A stretch of DNA of 21,017 bases from Octopus sinensis (taxonomy: Eukaryota), in contig NW_021823854.1 of NCBI RefSeq assembly GCF_006345805.1, forward strand, positions 1-21,017, written 5' to 3'. Below are positions 9,997 to 19,090 of the stretch, one piece after another. Below the pieces are notes generated by a model. That model saw only the letters and a program-made list of their open reading frames with translations. It made no database searches and was not told the origin of the DNA. How positions within the stretch are numbered: the first letter of the stretch is position 1; every line of letters begins with the position of its first letter. Made by a program: the position numbers and the translations under genes.

Positions 9997-10290
9997 ATAT
10001 ATATATATATATAACATACATATATATGATATCCAAATGGTATATGTATATGATACACACACACATACACACACACACACACACACATATATATACCCTC
10101 CCACACAATATATTATATATAATCTTGCATATATATGTATAGGTATATATATGTATACATATATATATACATTTACATGTATATGTGGGTATCAATATGT
10201 GCATGTATCTATGTATATATATATATATGAATTATACATATAGATATATCTTTATATATCTATTTGTATATACATATAAATATGTATATA

Positions 10291-10374
<84 letters not shown>

Positions 10375-10382
10375 TGTGCAGT

Positions 10383-10526
10383 GTGTATATGCCTGTATGC
10401 GCATGTGAGTGTATATGCATATTTGTGTGTGTGTATATGCCTGTATGTGCATGTGAGTGTATATGCATATTTGTGTGTGTGTATATGCCTGTATGTGCAT
10501 GTGAGTGTATATGCATATTTGTGTGT
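10383..10526. repeat. 48-bp minisatellite x3
   Basis: GTGTATATGCCTGTATG(C/T)GCATGTGAGTGTATATGCATATTTGTGTGT starting at 10383, 10431 and 10479; one substitution among copies. Confidence 0.95.
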
Positions 10527-10576
10527 GTGTGTGCGCACTTTTGTGTACTAATGCGAGGTTTAACATTTCCAAACAG

Positions 10577-10603
10577 GTCCATGCACAGACGTTCTCCTGT
10601 ATG
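10577..10603 (+). CDS. Weak candidate micro-exon (strong acceptor, uncertain donor)
   Basis: TACTAAT (10546-10552) 25 nt upstream of TTTCCAAACAG|G (AG 10575-10576); possible donor ATG|GTGACT at 10604 gives VHAQTFSCM; alternative GAT|GTAAAC at 10617. Confidence 0.2.
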
Positions 10604-10760
10604 GTGACTGTTTGATGTAAACGTTAGACGAGATTAATTAGAATGGAATGCGAATTTCAAATATCTCCCGCCTCCTTCTACCCTCTTACCATCTCTCTCT
10701 CTATCTCTCTCTGTGTCTGGCCGTCTCTGTCTATCTGTCTGTCTCTGTCGTTTTCTTTCC

Positions 10761-10799
<39 letters not shown>

Positions 10800-11149
10800 A
10801 CTCTCTTGGTCTATGCATGTGTGCGTGTTTATGTCTGAATGTATATATATCTATTTGTGTATATATAAATAAAACAGACAAACAAGCTATTTGAATGCAT
10901 GTAGTGTATACAAGTGCGCGCACACACACGGTCAAATACATATATCTATACATATATGTAGAGATATGTGTGTGTGTGTGTGTGTGTGTGTAGCAGAGAT
11001 AGAGAAGCTGAAAATTTGAAAAAAAAGGGAGAAAGAGTAGGAGGGAGAGTTCTTTTCTGTGGATATTAACATGGGTGAATGACAGAATAGAATTTGCTTC
11101 TTTGGGAACAAACAATAATGACTGACTAGTGTCTTGTACATGTTACACA

Positions 11150-11198
<49 letters not shown>

Positions 11199-11288
11199 GC
11201 ACACATATACACACACACTATATGCATATATAAATACACAGATAAACGTACATTTATGCATGCATATATGTGTGTGTGTGTATGTACA

Positions 11289-11319
<31 letters not shown>

Positions 11320-11552
11320 ACATATATATACATACATATATACATATATACTTATATATACATATATATATACATATATATACATATATGTACATATATA
11401 TGCATATATATTCATATATACATATATATACATATATACATATATATATATTTATACATATATGCATATATATACATATATACATATATATATACATACA
11501 CATATGTGTGTGTGTGTAATCTATCTATCTATCTTCATACATACACGTGTTG

Positions 11553-11762
11553 GTGGAGGGGGCTGAAAAGTTCCTGGCTTTGGGTAAAATAATATACAGG
11601 AGGATCAATTAATTAAGATTTTATTCAACATATTCCTCTCTTAGATTCACATAATTATTGCAGCAGTCCTTCAGTTTTTTTTTTTTCTAAGCCCTGGAAA
11701 AGAACTCGAAAGCTTGAACCTCCATCCAGGCCTGTCACGACTCCCATAAAGCCAGGAACTTT
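11553..11762. mobile_element. Mariner-like MITE or internally deleted element
   Basis: Perfect 15-bp inverted repeat AAAGTTCCTGGCTTT (11567-11581) / AAAGCCAGGAACTTT (11748-11762); left end GAGGGGGCTGAAAAGTT resembles mariner TIRs as I recall them; right TIR lacks its outer part. Confidence 0.65.
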
Positions 11763-11860
11763 ATAAAGATAGATGGAGAGATAGACTGATAAATAAATTT
11801 GATACCTTTACATACACACACAAATGTTTCGCATCCAGAACACACTTGGTGTACCTAAAG

Positions 11861-12020
11861 CATTTAGGCTGTGGGTGAGATGCTTGCTTCACAACCACAT
11901 TCTTCCGGGTCCAATCCCACTGCGCGGCATCTTGGGGAAGTGTCTTGTACTATAGCCTCGGGTCGACCAAAGCCTTGTGAGTAGATTTGGTAGACGGAAA
12001 CTGAAAGAAACCCGTCATAT

Positions 12021-12077
<57 letters not shown>

Positions 12078-12314
12078 TGTGTGTGTGTGCGCGTGTGTGC
12101 ATCTGTGTGTTTGTCCTCCACCACCGCTTAACAACCGGCGTTGGTGTGTTTATGTCCCCGTTGACGCTTCGGCAAAAGTTACCGATAGTATAAGTACCAG
12201 GCTTGAAAAAAATAAAAATAAATAATTACTGGGGTCAATTTATTCGGCTAAAAATCGAAGGCCTTGCCTCAGCATGGCCGCAGTCTAATGACTGAAACAG
12301 ATTAACGATAAAAT
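11861..12314 (+). mobile_element. SINE family B, near full length, with internal (TA)(TG)n
   Basis: Head and core 11861-12017, microsatellite 12018-12100, tail to ..CAGCATGGCCGCAGTCTAATGACTGAAACAG (12300); colinear with 8881-9320. Confidence 0.92.
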
Positions 12315-12385
12315 ATATTGTTTCCCTGGAATGAGTAAGCAGTATGTCTGTGCACTCAGAATAAGCAAACATTTTGTGCTGAGGC

Positions 12386-12584
12386 CATTCAGACATTTTG
12401 CCCCACATTGCATACCCAAAACATTGAGCCAGGTACCCTGGACACTCATATATTGCCTAGCCAGGCCATTCCCACATTATGTACTGGAAGCTTTCAGACA
12501 TGTACCCAGGACAACCTCGTATAGTTTATACCCGAGGTATTTAGACAGTGCTCGTCCTGGCCATTCACACATTATGTACCCAGG
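12386..12584. repeat. Degenerate ~24-bp tandem repeat
   Basis: Units ending in CCAGG/CTGG/CCGAGG at 12441, 12465, 12487, 12510, 12537, 12560, 12584; consensus near CCATTCA(C/G)ACATTATGTACCCAGG. Confidence 0.65.
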
Positions 12585-13679
12585 GCTATGATTTCAAGAG
12601 AAAAGAGATTTGGTGGAGATTTCGGTGTTAATTCTAGTAGGCTGAATTATCATATATGGCGCCTTCCTTTGTTGAAGGTTGAGTAGCCATAACCGAGAGG
12701 ATAAGCCATACCCTTAAAGGATTTAGCTTCCTTCCCTAGACTTGTTTCTGAGAAAACGTTTAGTTTTTAATCACCGTTGTGTTTCCGTCGTAATAGAATA
12801 GACAAAATACGAAGTAAGAATCGAAACCGAATTACTAAATTTGTTTAACTGAAAATTATTTTCATCATAAAATCTTCGCTACACTGCTGTCTTAGTAAAG
12901 AAAATAAAAAAAAAGCCACGTTGAATAATGTTAGTCCAAGATGAAGCGAAAACATCGGCGTTGGGAGTCTTCGATCCCAAGTGTGCCAGTGGATTTTGAA
13001 ACTAAACAACAACAACAACGATAATAACAATTGCATCAACATAAGCTACAAGAGCAGCAACAATAGCATCTCCGTCTCTAGTGGTCATCATATTTCTGGG
13101 AAAGGTCGATAGGATAATCTGGAACACACTCACCCGAAACCATTATAGAAGAAAGAACCAAGTAATATATTACCAAATTAAATGTGGGAGACCACCACAT
13201 GACTTTTGGAGTGACAAAAATAACAGCTAAGTCTTCCACACATAACACCCAGCTTCCATATGTGTGTGTGTGTGTGTGTGCGTATACATTCTGTAAGTAA
13301 TAATAATAGCAATATTTTAAAAGCTTAAAACTTATAAGCGATCACCGTAAAGAATAATATTTTATAAGCTTATAAGCTTAAGCTTAAAAATCGACACCGT
13401 TTACCAAAAATCATTGCATATATATATACATACATGTATATATACTCATGTATATGTGTGTCTGTGTGTGTATACACGCACACATATATGAATGTATATA
13501 TATATTATGTATATATAAATATAAATATAATGTATGTATTTATATTATATATATTATATATATAAATTGATCAAAATAAAATAAAAACATGATGCGAAGG
13601 ATTAGCGCGGTACATATGTTTCGGGCCTTTATTAGACAGATTTTATAACAATGCTAATGTATGTCTGTGGCTTCTTCAG

Positions 13680-13844
13680 GCCGCGCAAAACAGCTTCCAA
13701 AGGGACATGTGTACATCAAAAGTTCTTGCTTGGGGGATGCAAATCCTCTCATTCACGTACGACATTATGCGGCAGCAGCATAGAGTTGAAGCGTCCATCT
13801 CTTTCTTCTCTCAATGTAGAATGAGGAAAAATTGGATGTTTGAG
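13680..13844 (+). CDS. Probable internal coding exon of an unidentified host gene (165 nt, phase 0-0)
   Basis: Branch-like GCTAAT (13653-13658), CTTCTTCAG|G acceptor (AG 13678-13679), open frame AAQNSFQRDMCTSKVLAWGMQILSFTYDIMRQQHRVEASISFFSQCRMRKNWMFE, donor GAG|GTAATG at 13845; non-repetitive island, more GC-rich than its flanks. Protein not recognised. Confidence 0.6.
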
Positions 13845-14518
13845 GTAATGTAAATAAATAAATACATAGATAGAGGTGAAGATGGAGGGGGCGACGAGAG
13901 TTCGGGACGAGGGATAAAAAATGTATTATAGAAAGTGTAAGTATAGAATAATAAAAAATGTAGAGGATAAAGGGTTGTAAGGAGATGTAAAGGGGGTATA
14001 AAGAAATATAAAGTAAAAATAGAAATAGAAAAAAAGAAATAAAAGTAAAAAAACTGATTAAAAAACATGATAAAAGTGTAAAAGACATGTAAAGATAAGG
14101 GATGTATAGAGGTTTATGGACCAAGCATGGTGGTCCGAGAGATTGATAAAATTTAGTTGTAGAATTGTCAGTACATCAACAGTTTCGTCTGGGGACTTAT
14201 GCGTGTTGTAAATACGAGCTGATGAGCATTAATCTGGTTCTTGAATTAAATGGACTTCTAGTACATACATATCATCATGGTATATACACCACATACACGC
14301 GTACATATACGCCTCCAAGCCTATAAGCATACAAACGCACTCGCGTGTAAACACGTACATAAACACACACGCACCCACACGCACGCGCGTACACACACAT
14401 ACATACAACAGAATATCCGCATATATACACGGACATTACGCGCGTGGTACACGTTCACATGCATATACGCGCGCATATATATATATATATATATATGCAT
14501 ATATATAAATGTATGTAT

Positions 14519-14550
<32 letters not shown>

Positions 14551-14555
14551 GTATA

Positions 14556-14897
14556 GGCTACAGTAGAAGACGCTTTCCCACGGCGGTGAACTGGCAGAGA
14601 CGTTAGCACGCCGGGCGAAATGTTTAGCGGCAAGTCGTCTGTCTTTACGTTCTGAGTTCAAATTCCACCGAGGTCGACTTTGCCTTTCATCCTTTCGGGG
14701 CCGATTAAATAAGTACCAGTTACGCACTGGGGTTGATATAAGCGACTTAATCTCTCTGTCCCCTCTGTGTTTAGCCCCTTGTGGGCTATAAAGAAATAAG
14801 AAGACGCTGGCCCAAGATGCCGCGCGGTGGGACTGAACTCGAGACTACATGACTTTGGGAAGCAAGCTTCTTAAGCACTGACTCGCGCCCGCACCTA
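14556..14897 (-). mobile_element. SINE family B head fragment, interrupted by a family A copy
   Basis: GGCTACAGTAGAAGACGCTTTCCCA (14556-14580) continues as AGAAGACGCTGGCCCAAGATGCCGCGCGGTGGGACTGAAC..AAGCAAGCTTCTTA..GCACCT (14799-14897). Confidence 0.85.
14581..14798 (+). mobile_element. SINE family A, full length, tail type 1, 16-bp TSD
   Basis: A and B boxes, body and AAAGAAATA end; TSD AGAAGACGCT(TT/GG)CCCA at 14565-14580 and 14799-14814. Confidence 0.92.
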
Positions 14898-15617
14898 TAT
14901 GTAGTTAAAGCAATCAAATCTTAGAAATCTAAGAAATCAAATCTAAGAAGACTTCACAGAAGGAACCGTAAACGGGGTGGATGTTCGGGTGTTAGGAATA
15001 AAGAGGAGAAGGAGGAGAAAGAGGTGGGAGAGAAGCTGGAGGAGGAGGAGGAGGAGGAGGAGGACAACGACGAGGCGGCTGACTTTGTGATTTTTTCCAC
15101 ATGCAATGGTATCTATCTACCTTTTCTTGCACAAACATCATCTAACAACGGGAAATTTTTCAGGAATTTTTTCGCGAATCGGAACGAAAATAACGGTTTG
15201 TGTTGAGAATGATGAAAAAGATGAATATTGAAAACAGTTTCCATGTGTAGATATTGATAAGAATTGACTGCAAGAGAACCGTAGGGGAGAAGATATTCTG
15301 CTGAGGCAATTATATGTAAATATTTGGCTTACTTAACACTTGTGTAATTCAAGCCATCTGCTCAGTTTATAATTTCTTGCTTTCATATCAGACATGAGAT
15401 ACGCTTGATAAATATTTGTTTGGCTTGAGTGAGACGACGACATTATGATAACAGGTTTTGTTGCTAACTGTGGCTTGGTGGACAACATTACATTCTTATC
15501 ATCGATAGATTGTTTCCTTTGGTTCACTGTAAACCAATGGCGGTGGTGGTGGTGGTAGTGGTGGTAGTGGTAGTAGTGGTGGTGGTGATAATCGTGCTAA
15601 TACTATTGGAGGTAGTA

Positions 15618-15727
15618 AGGCAGCGTGCTGGCAGAATCGTTACCAAACCAGTCGAGTACTGGAGTCAGTGTGAACGACTTACTCCTCCCCCAAAATTGCT
15701 GGCCTTGTGCCAAAAAATTTGAAAACC
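15618..15727 (+). mobile_element. SINE family A with internal deletion, tail type 2
   Basis: Head AGGCAGCGTGCTGGCAGAATCGTTA joined almost directly to CCAGTCGAGTACTGG..CCCCAAAATTGCTGGCCTTGTGCCAAAAAATTTGAAA; B box and body absent. Confidence 0.7.
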
Positions 15728-15740
15728 ACCAATTCAGTAG

Positions 15741-15971
15741 AGCAGTGAGCTGGCAGAACCTCGTGTATCGCCGCCGGCAAACCTCAGCACATACCTTTTT
15801 CAGCTTTTCGTCCGTCCTCATGTTCTGAGTTCAAATTCCGCCGAGGTCGACCTTGTCATTCATCCCTTTCGGGGTCGATTAAAATAAGTACCAATTGAAC
15901 CCTGGGGCCAATGTAATCGACTTGACATATCCCCTAACCCGAAATTGCTGGCCTTGTGCTAAAATTTGAAA
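15741..15971 (+). mobile_element. SINE family A, tail type 2
   Basis: GTGAGCTGGCAGAA, GTTCTGAGTTCAAATTCCGCCGAGGTCGAC, AAGTACCAA, tail CCGAAATTGCTGGCCTTGTGCTAAAATTTGAAA. Confidence 0.85.
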
Positions 15972-15972
15972 G

Positions 15973-16550
15973 TGGTAGTGATAGAATTGTTCTAGAGTTC
16001 GTAGTATGGGTGGTTGTAGTATTGGTGAGAGAGGTATTGGAAGTGGTTATGGTAGTATTAGTAACGGTAGTAGTGGTGGTAGTAATGGTAGCATTGCTGA
16101 TGGTAGTAGCAGTGTTGTTGTGGGTAGTGGTAGTAGCATTGATAGTGAAAATGCTGTTGGTAATAGTATTGGCGGCAGTAATAGGAGTATTGGTGGTGGT
16201 AGTAATGGTGGTAGTATAATTGTTTGTAGCGATATGGTAGTAGTAGTGGCTTTGTTGTTGTTAGAGGATATTGAAGAAACTTGGTGATGGTGGTGGTGGT
16301 AGTGAAGATGGTAGTTGCAGTACGTGTGAGTGGTACACCATTGGTGGTGATGGTGGTGAGTATTAGTATAAGCAGTAGTAGTAGTAGTAGTAGTAGTGGT
16401 GAGGATGGGGTGGGATGGTGTTAATGAAGTTGAGTAGTCGTAGTAGTAGTTGTAGTAGAAATAGTAGTAGCAGTGGTGGTAGTGGTAACAGCAGTGGTGA
16501 GTGGGGAATAGCAGTGCTGGTAGTGAGAGTGGGGAATGGTGGTGGTGATG

Positions 16551-16590
<40 letters not shown>

Positions 16591-16700
16591 CAGCAGCAGC
16601 AGCAGCAGCAGCAGATGCAGTGGTGGTGGTGGTGGTGGTGGTAGTGGTGATAGTGAAGGTGGGGAATGGTGGTGATGGTGGTAGCAGAGGTGGTAGTGGT
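15973..16700. repeat. Long compound trinucleotide tract (GGT/AGT/AGC/GAT)
   Basis: Degenerate GGT/AGT throughout; pure (AGT)n 16373-16397 and 16551-16588, then (AGC)n to 16613 and (GGT)n 16620-16640. Confidence 0.93.
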
Positions 16701-16804
16701 GGCGAACGGGGAAATGGTGCCAGTGAAAGTGGAGGAGAGAAAGTAAGAGAAATCATATTGTTTACTTTTGTTGTACTTCAACGACGTAGGAGAGGAGGAG
16801 GGAA

Positions 16805-16972
16805 ATGGGATTGGCAGAACTGTTAGAGAGTAAGGCTAAAAATACCACCAAGTATTTGTTCCAGTTCTTTAGGTTCCGAGTTCAAATCCCACAGACGTCA
16901 ACTTTGTCTTTCATCCATCGTGGGGCAATAAAACAGACTAGCAATTAAGAGCTGGGCTGATTTTATCGGCTG
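16805..16972 (+). mobile_element. Degenerate SINE family A
   Basis: TTGGCAGAACTGTTAG..GGTTCCGAGTTCAAATCCCACAGACGTCAACTTTGTCTTTCATCC. Confidence 0.7.
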
Positions 16973-17751
16973 TCAATCTCTGCAGACATGCAATGGGCTG
17001 GCATGATATAGTAAGGCCTATATTCCTGTCCAAACCATGTGGCCTCTTGCCTGGGTCGGCTTTAAGCCAATTAGATAGATTAGTTCAAATTGGGCCCCGC
17101 GCACACGCACGAGCGGAGGATGTTAAGATGAATTAAACCTTTTGACTGCATTAAGCAAAAATTTCCACACAGTTCATTTTTATCTTTCCGTGCGACAAGC
17201 GGATTTACCCTATGACCTTAGAAAGACATCTTATTTAACTGCGATTTTATTTTCTACGAAATGAGTACCTGACAACTTTCGACAGTCAGGGCATCTGAAT
17301 CAGTTCAGCTCAGTTATCTTAAGGCCTATTCACAAACAACATGTCAGTAATTATAAAATATTATAAGCTTTCAATATTAAGTATATCGTAGTGGCTAATA
17401 GTGGAGCCTCAAGCCCTCAAGGTTTTTTTTTTTTTGGCTGGAACTGGCGTACTACACGAAACTTAAAAGATCAATTTTCAGTTTTTGTGGAGTAGAGGGT
17501 CCCTACTGACAATTCTCTTATTGGGCCCCACATTTCTTAACGCAGTCCCTCCCCCCCACCTGACAAACCGAAGTGATACACAGCTTGGAGAGCATTGCCA
17601 TTAAGTCAATTATAGCTGTCTGCAACACAGCACGTCTATGAACACGATCCTACACAAGCATAGTCTTAATCATTCACTCATTTGCACTGAAAGTGGACAA
17701 TATTGAAAAAGCTTTTCAACTCTATCTGCCAAACAATATGTGTGAGTATCA

Positions 17752-18167
17752 AGGTGGTGAGCTGGCAGACACGTTAGCACATCGGGCGAAATGCATAGCG
17801 GTACTTCGTCTGCCGTTACGTTCTGAGTTCAAATTCTGCGGAGGTCAACTTTGCCTTTCATCCTTTCGGGGTTGATTAAATAAGTAACACTTACGCACTG
17901 GGGTCGATATAATCGACTTAATCCATCTGTCTGTCCTTGTTTGTCTCCTCTGTGTTTAGCCCCTTTTGAGTAGTAAAGAAATAGGTATTTCGTCTGCCGC
18001 TACGTTCTGAGTTCAAATTCCACCGAGGTTGACTTTGCCTTTCATCCTTTCGGGGTCAATAAATAAAGTACCAGTTACGCACTGAGGTCGATGTAATCGA
18101 CTTAATCCCTTTGACTTTCTTTGTTTGTCCCCTCTATGTTTAGCTCCTTGTGGGCAATAAAGAAATA
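17752..18167 (+). mobile_element. SINE family A head-to-tail dimer (full copy plus 5'-truncated copy)
   Basis: Copy 1 17752-17983; copy 2 17984-18167 starts at GGTATTTCGTCTGCCG, equivalent to 17800 of copy 1; both end AAAGAAATA. Confidence 0.92.
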
Positions 18168-18291
18168 CATATATGGCTGCATGTATGCATTCATATATGC
18201 ATGTATGTGTGTGTGTGTGTACATGCATGTAAGATATACAACTTATTAATGTATCAATATGCGTGTGTTTTTCCGGGCCAACTACAGTCAG

Positions 18292-18396
18292 GGTGTAGCC
18301 GGTACAACTGTGCGTGAACTGAAGAGCCGAGATACACCCTATGAATATCAGATGCGGTACTCCTTAAAAAATAACACAACAAACTTCCATAGATGA
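18292..18396 (+). CDS. Candidate exon with cadherin-repeat-like pattern (speculative)
   Basis: After CTACAG|TCAG| acceptors (AG 18286-87, 18290-91): GVAGTTVRELKSRDTPYEYQMRYSLKNNTTNFHR*; the next frame from 18389 reads IDDAGKL. No strong donor found. Confidence 0.3.
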   Translation, partial: GVAGTTVRELKSRDTPYEYQMRYSLKNNTTNFHR

Positions 18397-18692
18397 TGCT
18401 GGAAAGCTTTTTGCTTTTCATCTCGCACTCACAGAGACTCGCACACAGACAGATACACATACACTCTCCCTGTTTCACGCGTGTATGTGTGTATGTGTGT
18501 GTATTTAAAAGCTACTATTTCAAAGGAGACAGCGTAACAGTTAACTTTTGCTTGGAAATCCATGTAAATCCACGTACGTTCAGCTTTCAGTCAGGTAAAG
18601 ATCGCGTGTAAAGATTACATATTTTATAATAAGAAGCATTTTTTGTTACAACCGAAGCTCCTATTTTATTTGGTATGAGCATACACACACAC

Positions 18693-19090
18693 GTATGTAT
18701 GTATGTATGTATGTATGTATGTATGTATGTATGTATGTATGTATGTATGTATGTATGTATGTATGTATGTATTTATGTATGTATGTATGTGTGTGTATGT
18801 ATGTATGTATGTATGCATGCATGCATGTATGTATGCATGGATGGATGGATGGATGTGAGTGTATGTACGTATGTATGTATGTACGTATGTATGTGTGTAT
18901 GTATGTATGTGTGTGTGTATGCATGTATGTATGTATGTATGTGTGTGTATGTATGTATGTATGTATGTATGCATGCATGTATGTATTTATGTATGTATGT
19001 ATGTATGCATGTATGTATGTATGTATGTATGTGTGTGTATGTATGTATGCATGCATGCATGTATGTTTGTATGTATGTATGTATGTATAT
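18693..19090. repeat. (TATG)n tetranucleotide array with TGCA/TGGA variants
   Basis: Perfect run 18693-18770, degenerate to about 19090. Confidence 0.97.

Larger units (their letters stand above)
9330..11530. repeat. 2.2-kb microsatellite mosaic (CT, CA, TA, TAGA, TG, TACA) with short unique islands
   Basis: Direct reading; unique islands about 9700-9790, 10540-10680 and 11000-11135. Confidence 0.93.

Noticed and set aside
12935-13110. Asn/Gln-rich open frames around (AAC)n
   Set aside because: Decayed triplet repeat; no frame has both a credible acceptor and donor.
12612-13250. Two short opposite-strand matches (12616-12655, 13207-13250) suggesting a third repeat family
   Set aside because: Only about 17/23 identity by eye; insufficient without a library search.
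14172-14207. 36-nt phase 0-0 micro-exon YINSFVWGLMRV (GTCAG| .. |GTAAAT)
   Set aside because: Weak acceptor with an upstream competing AG; short open frames of this size arise by chance.
15024-15206. ORF with poly-Glu (MGEKLEEEEEEEEDNDE..)
   Set aside because: GTG start inside a (GAG)n microsatellite; no splice support for that frame.
16047-16781. 244-aa minus ORF and overlapping plus ORFs (poly-T/H/Y/C/V/S/G)
   Set aside because: All frames are homopolymeric readings of a GGT/AGT/AGC tract; no frame is preferred.
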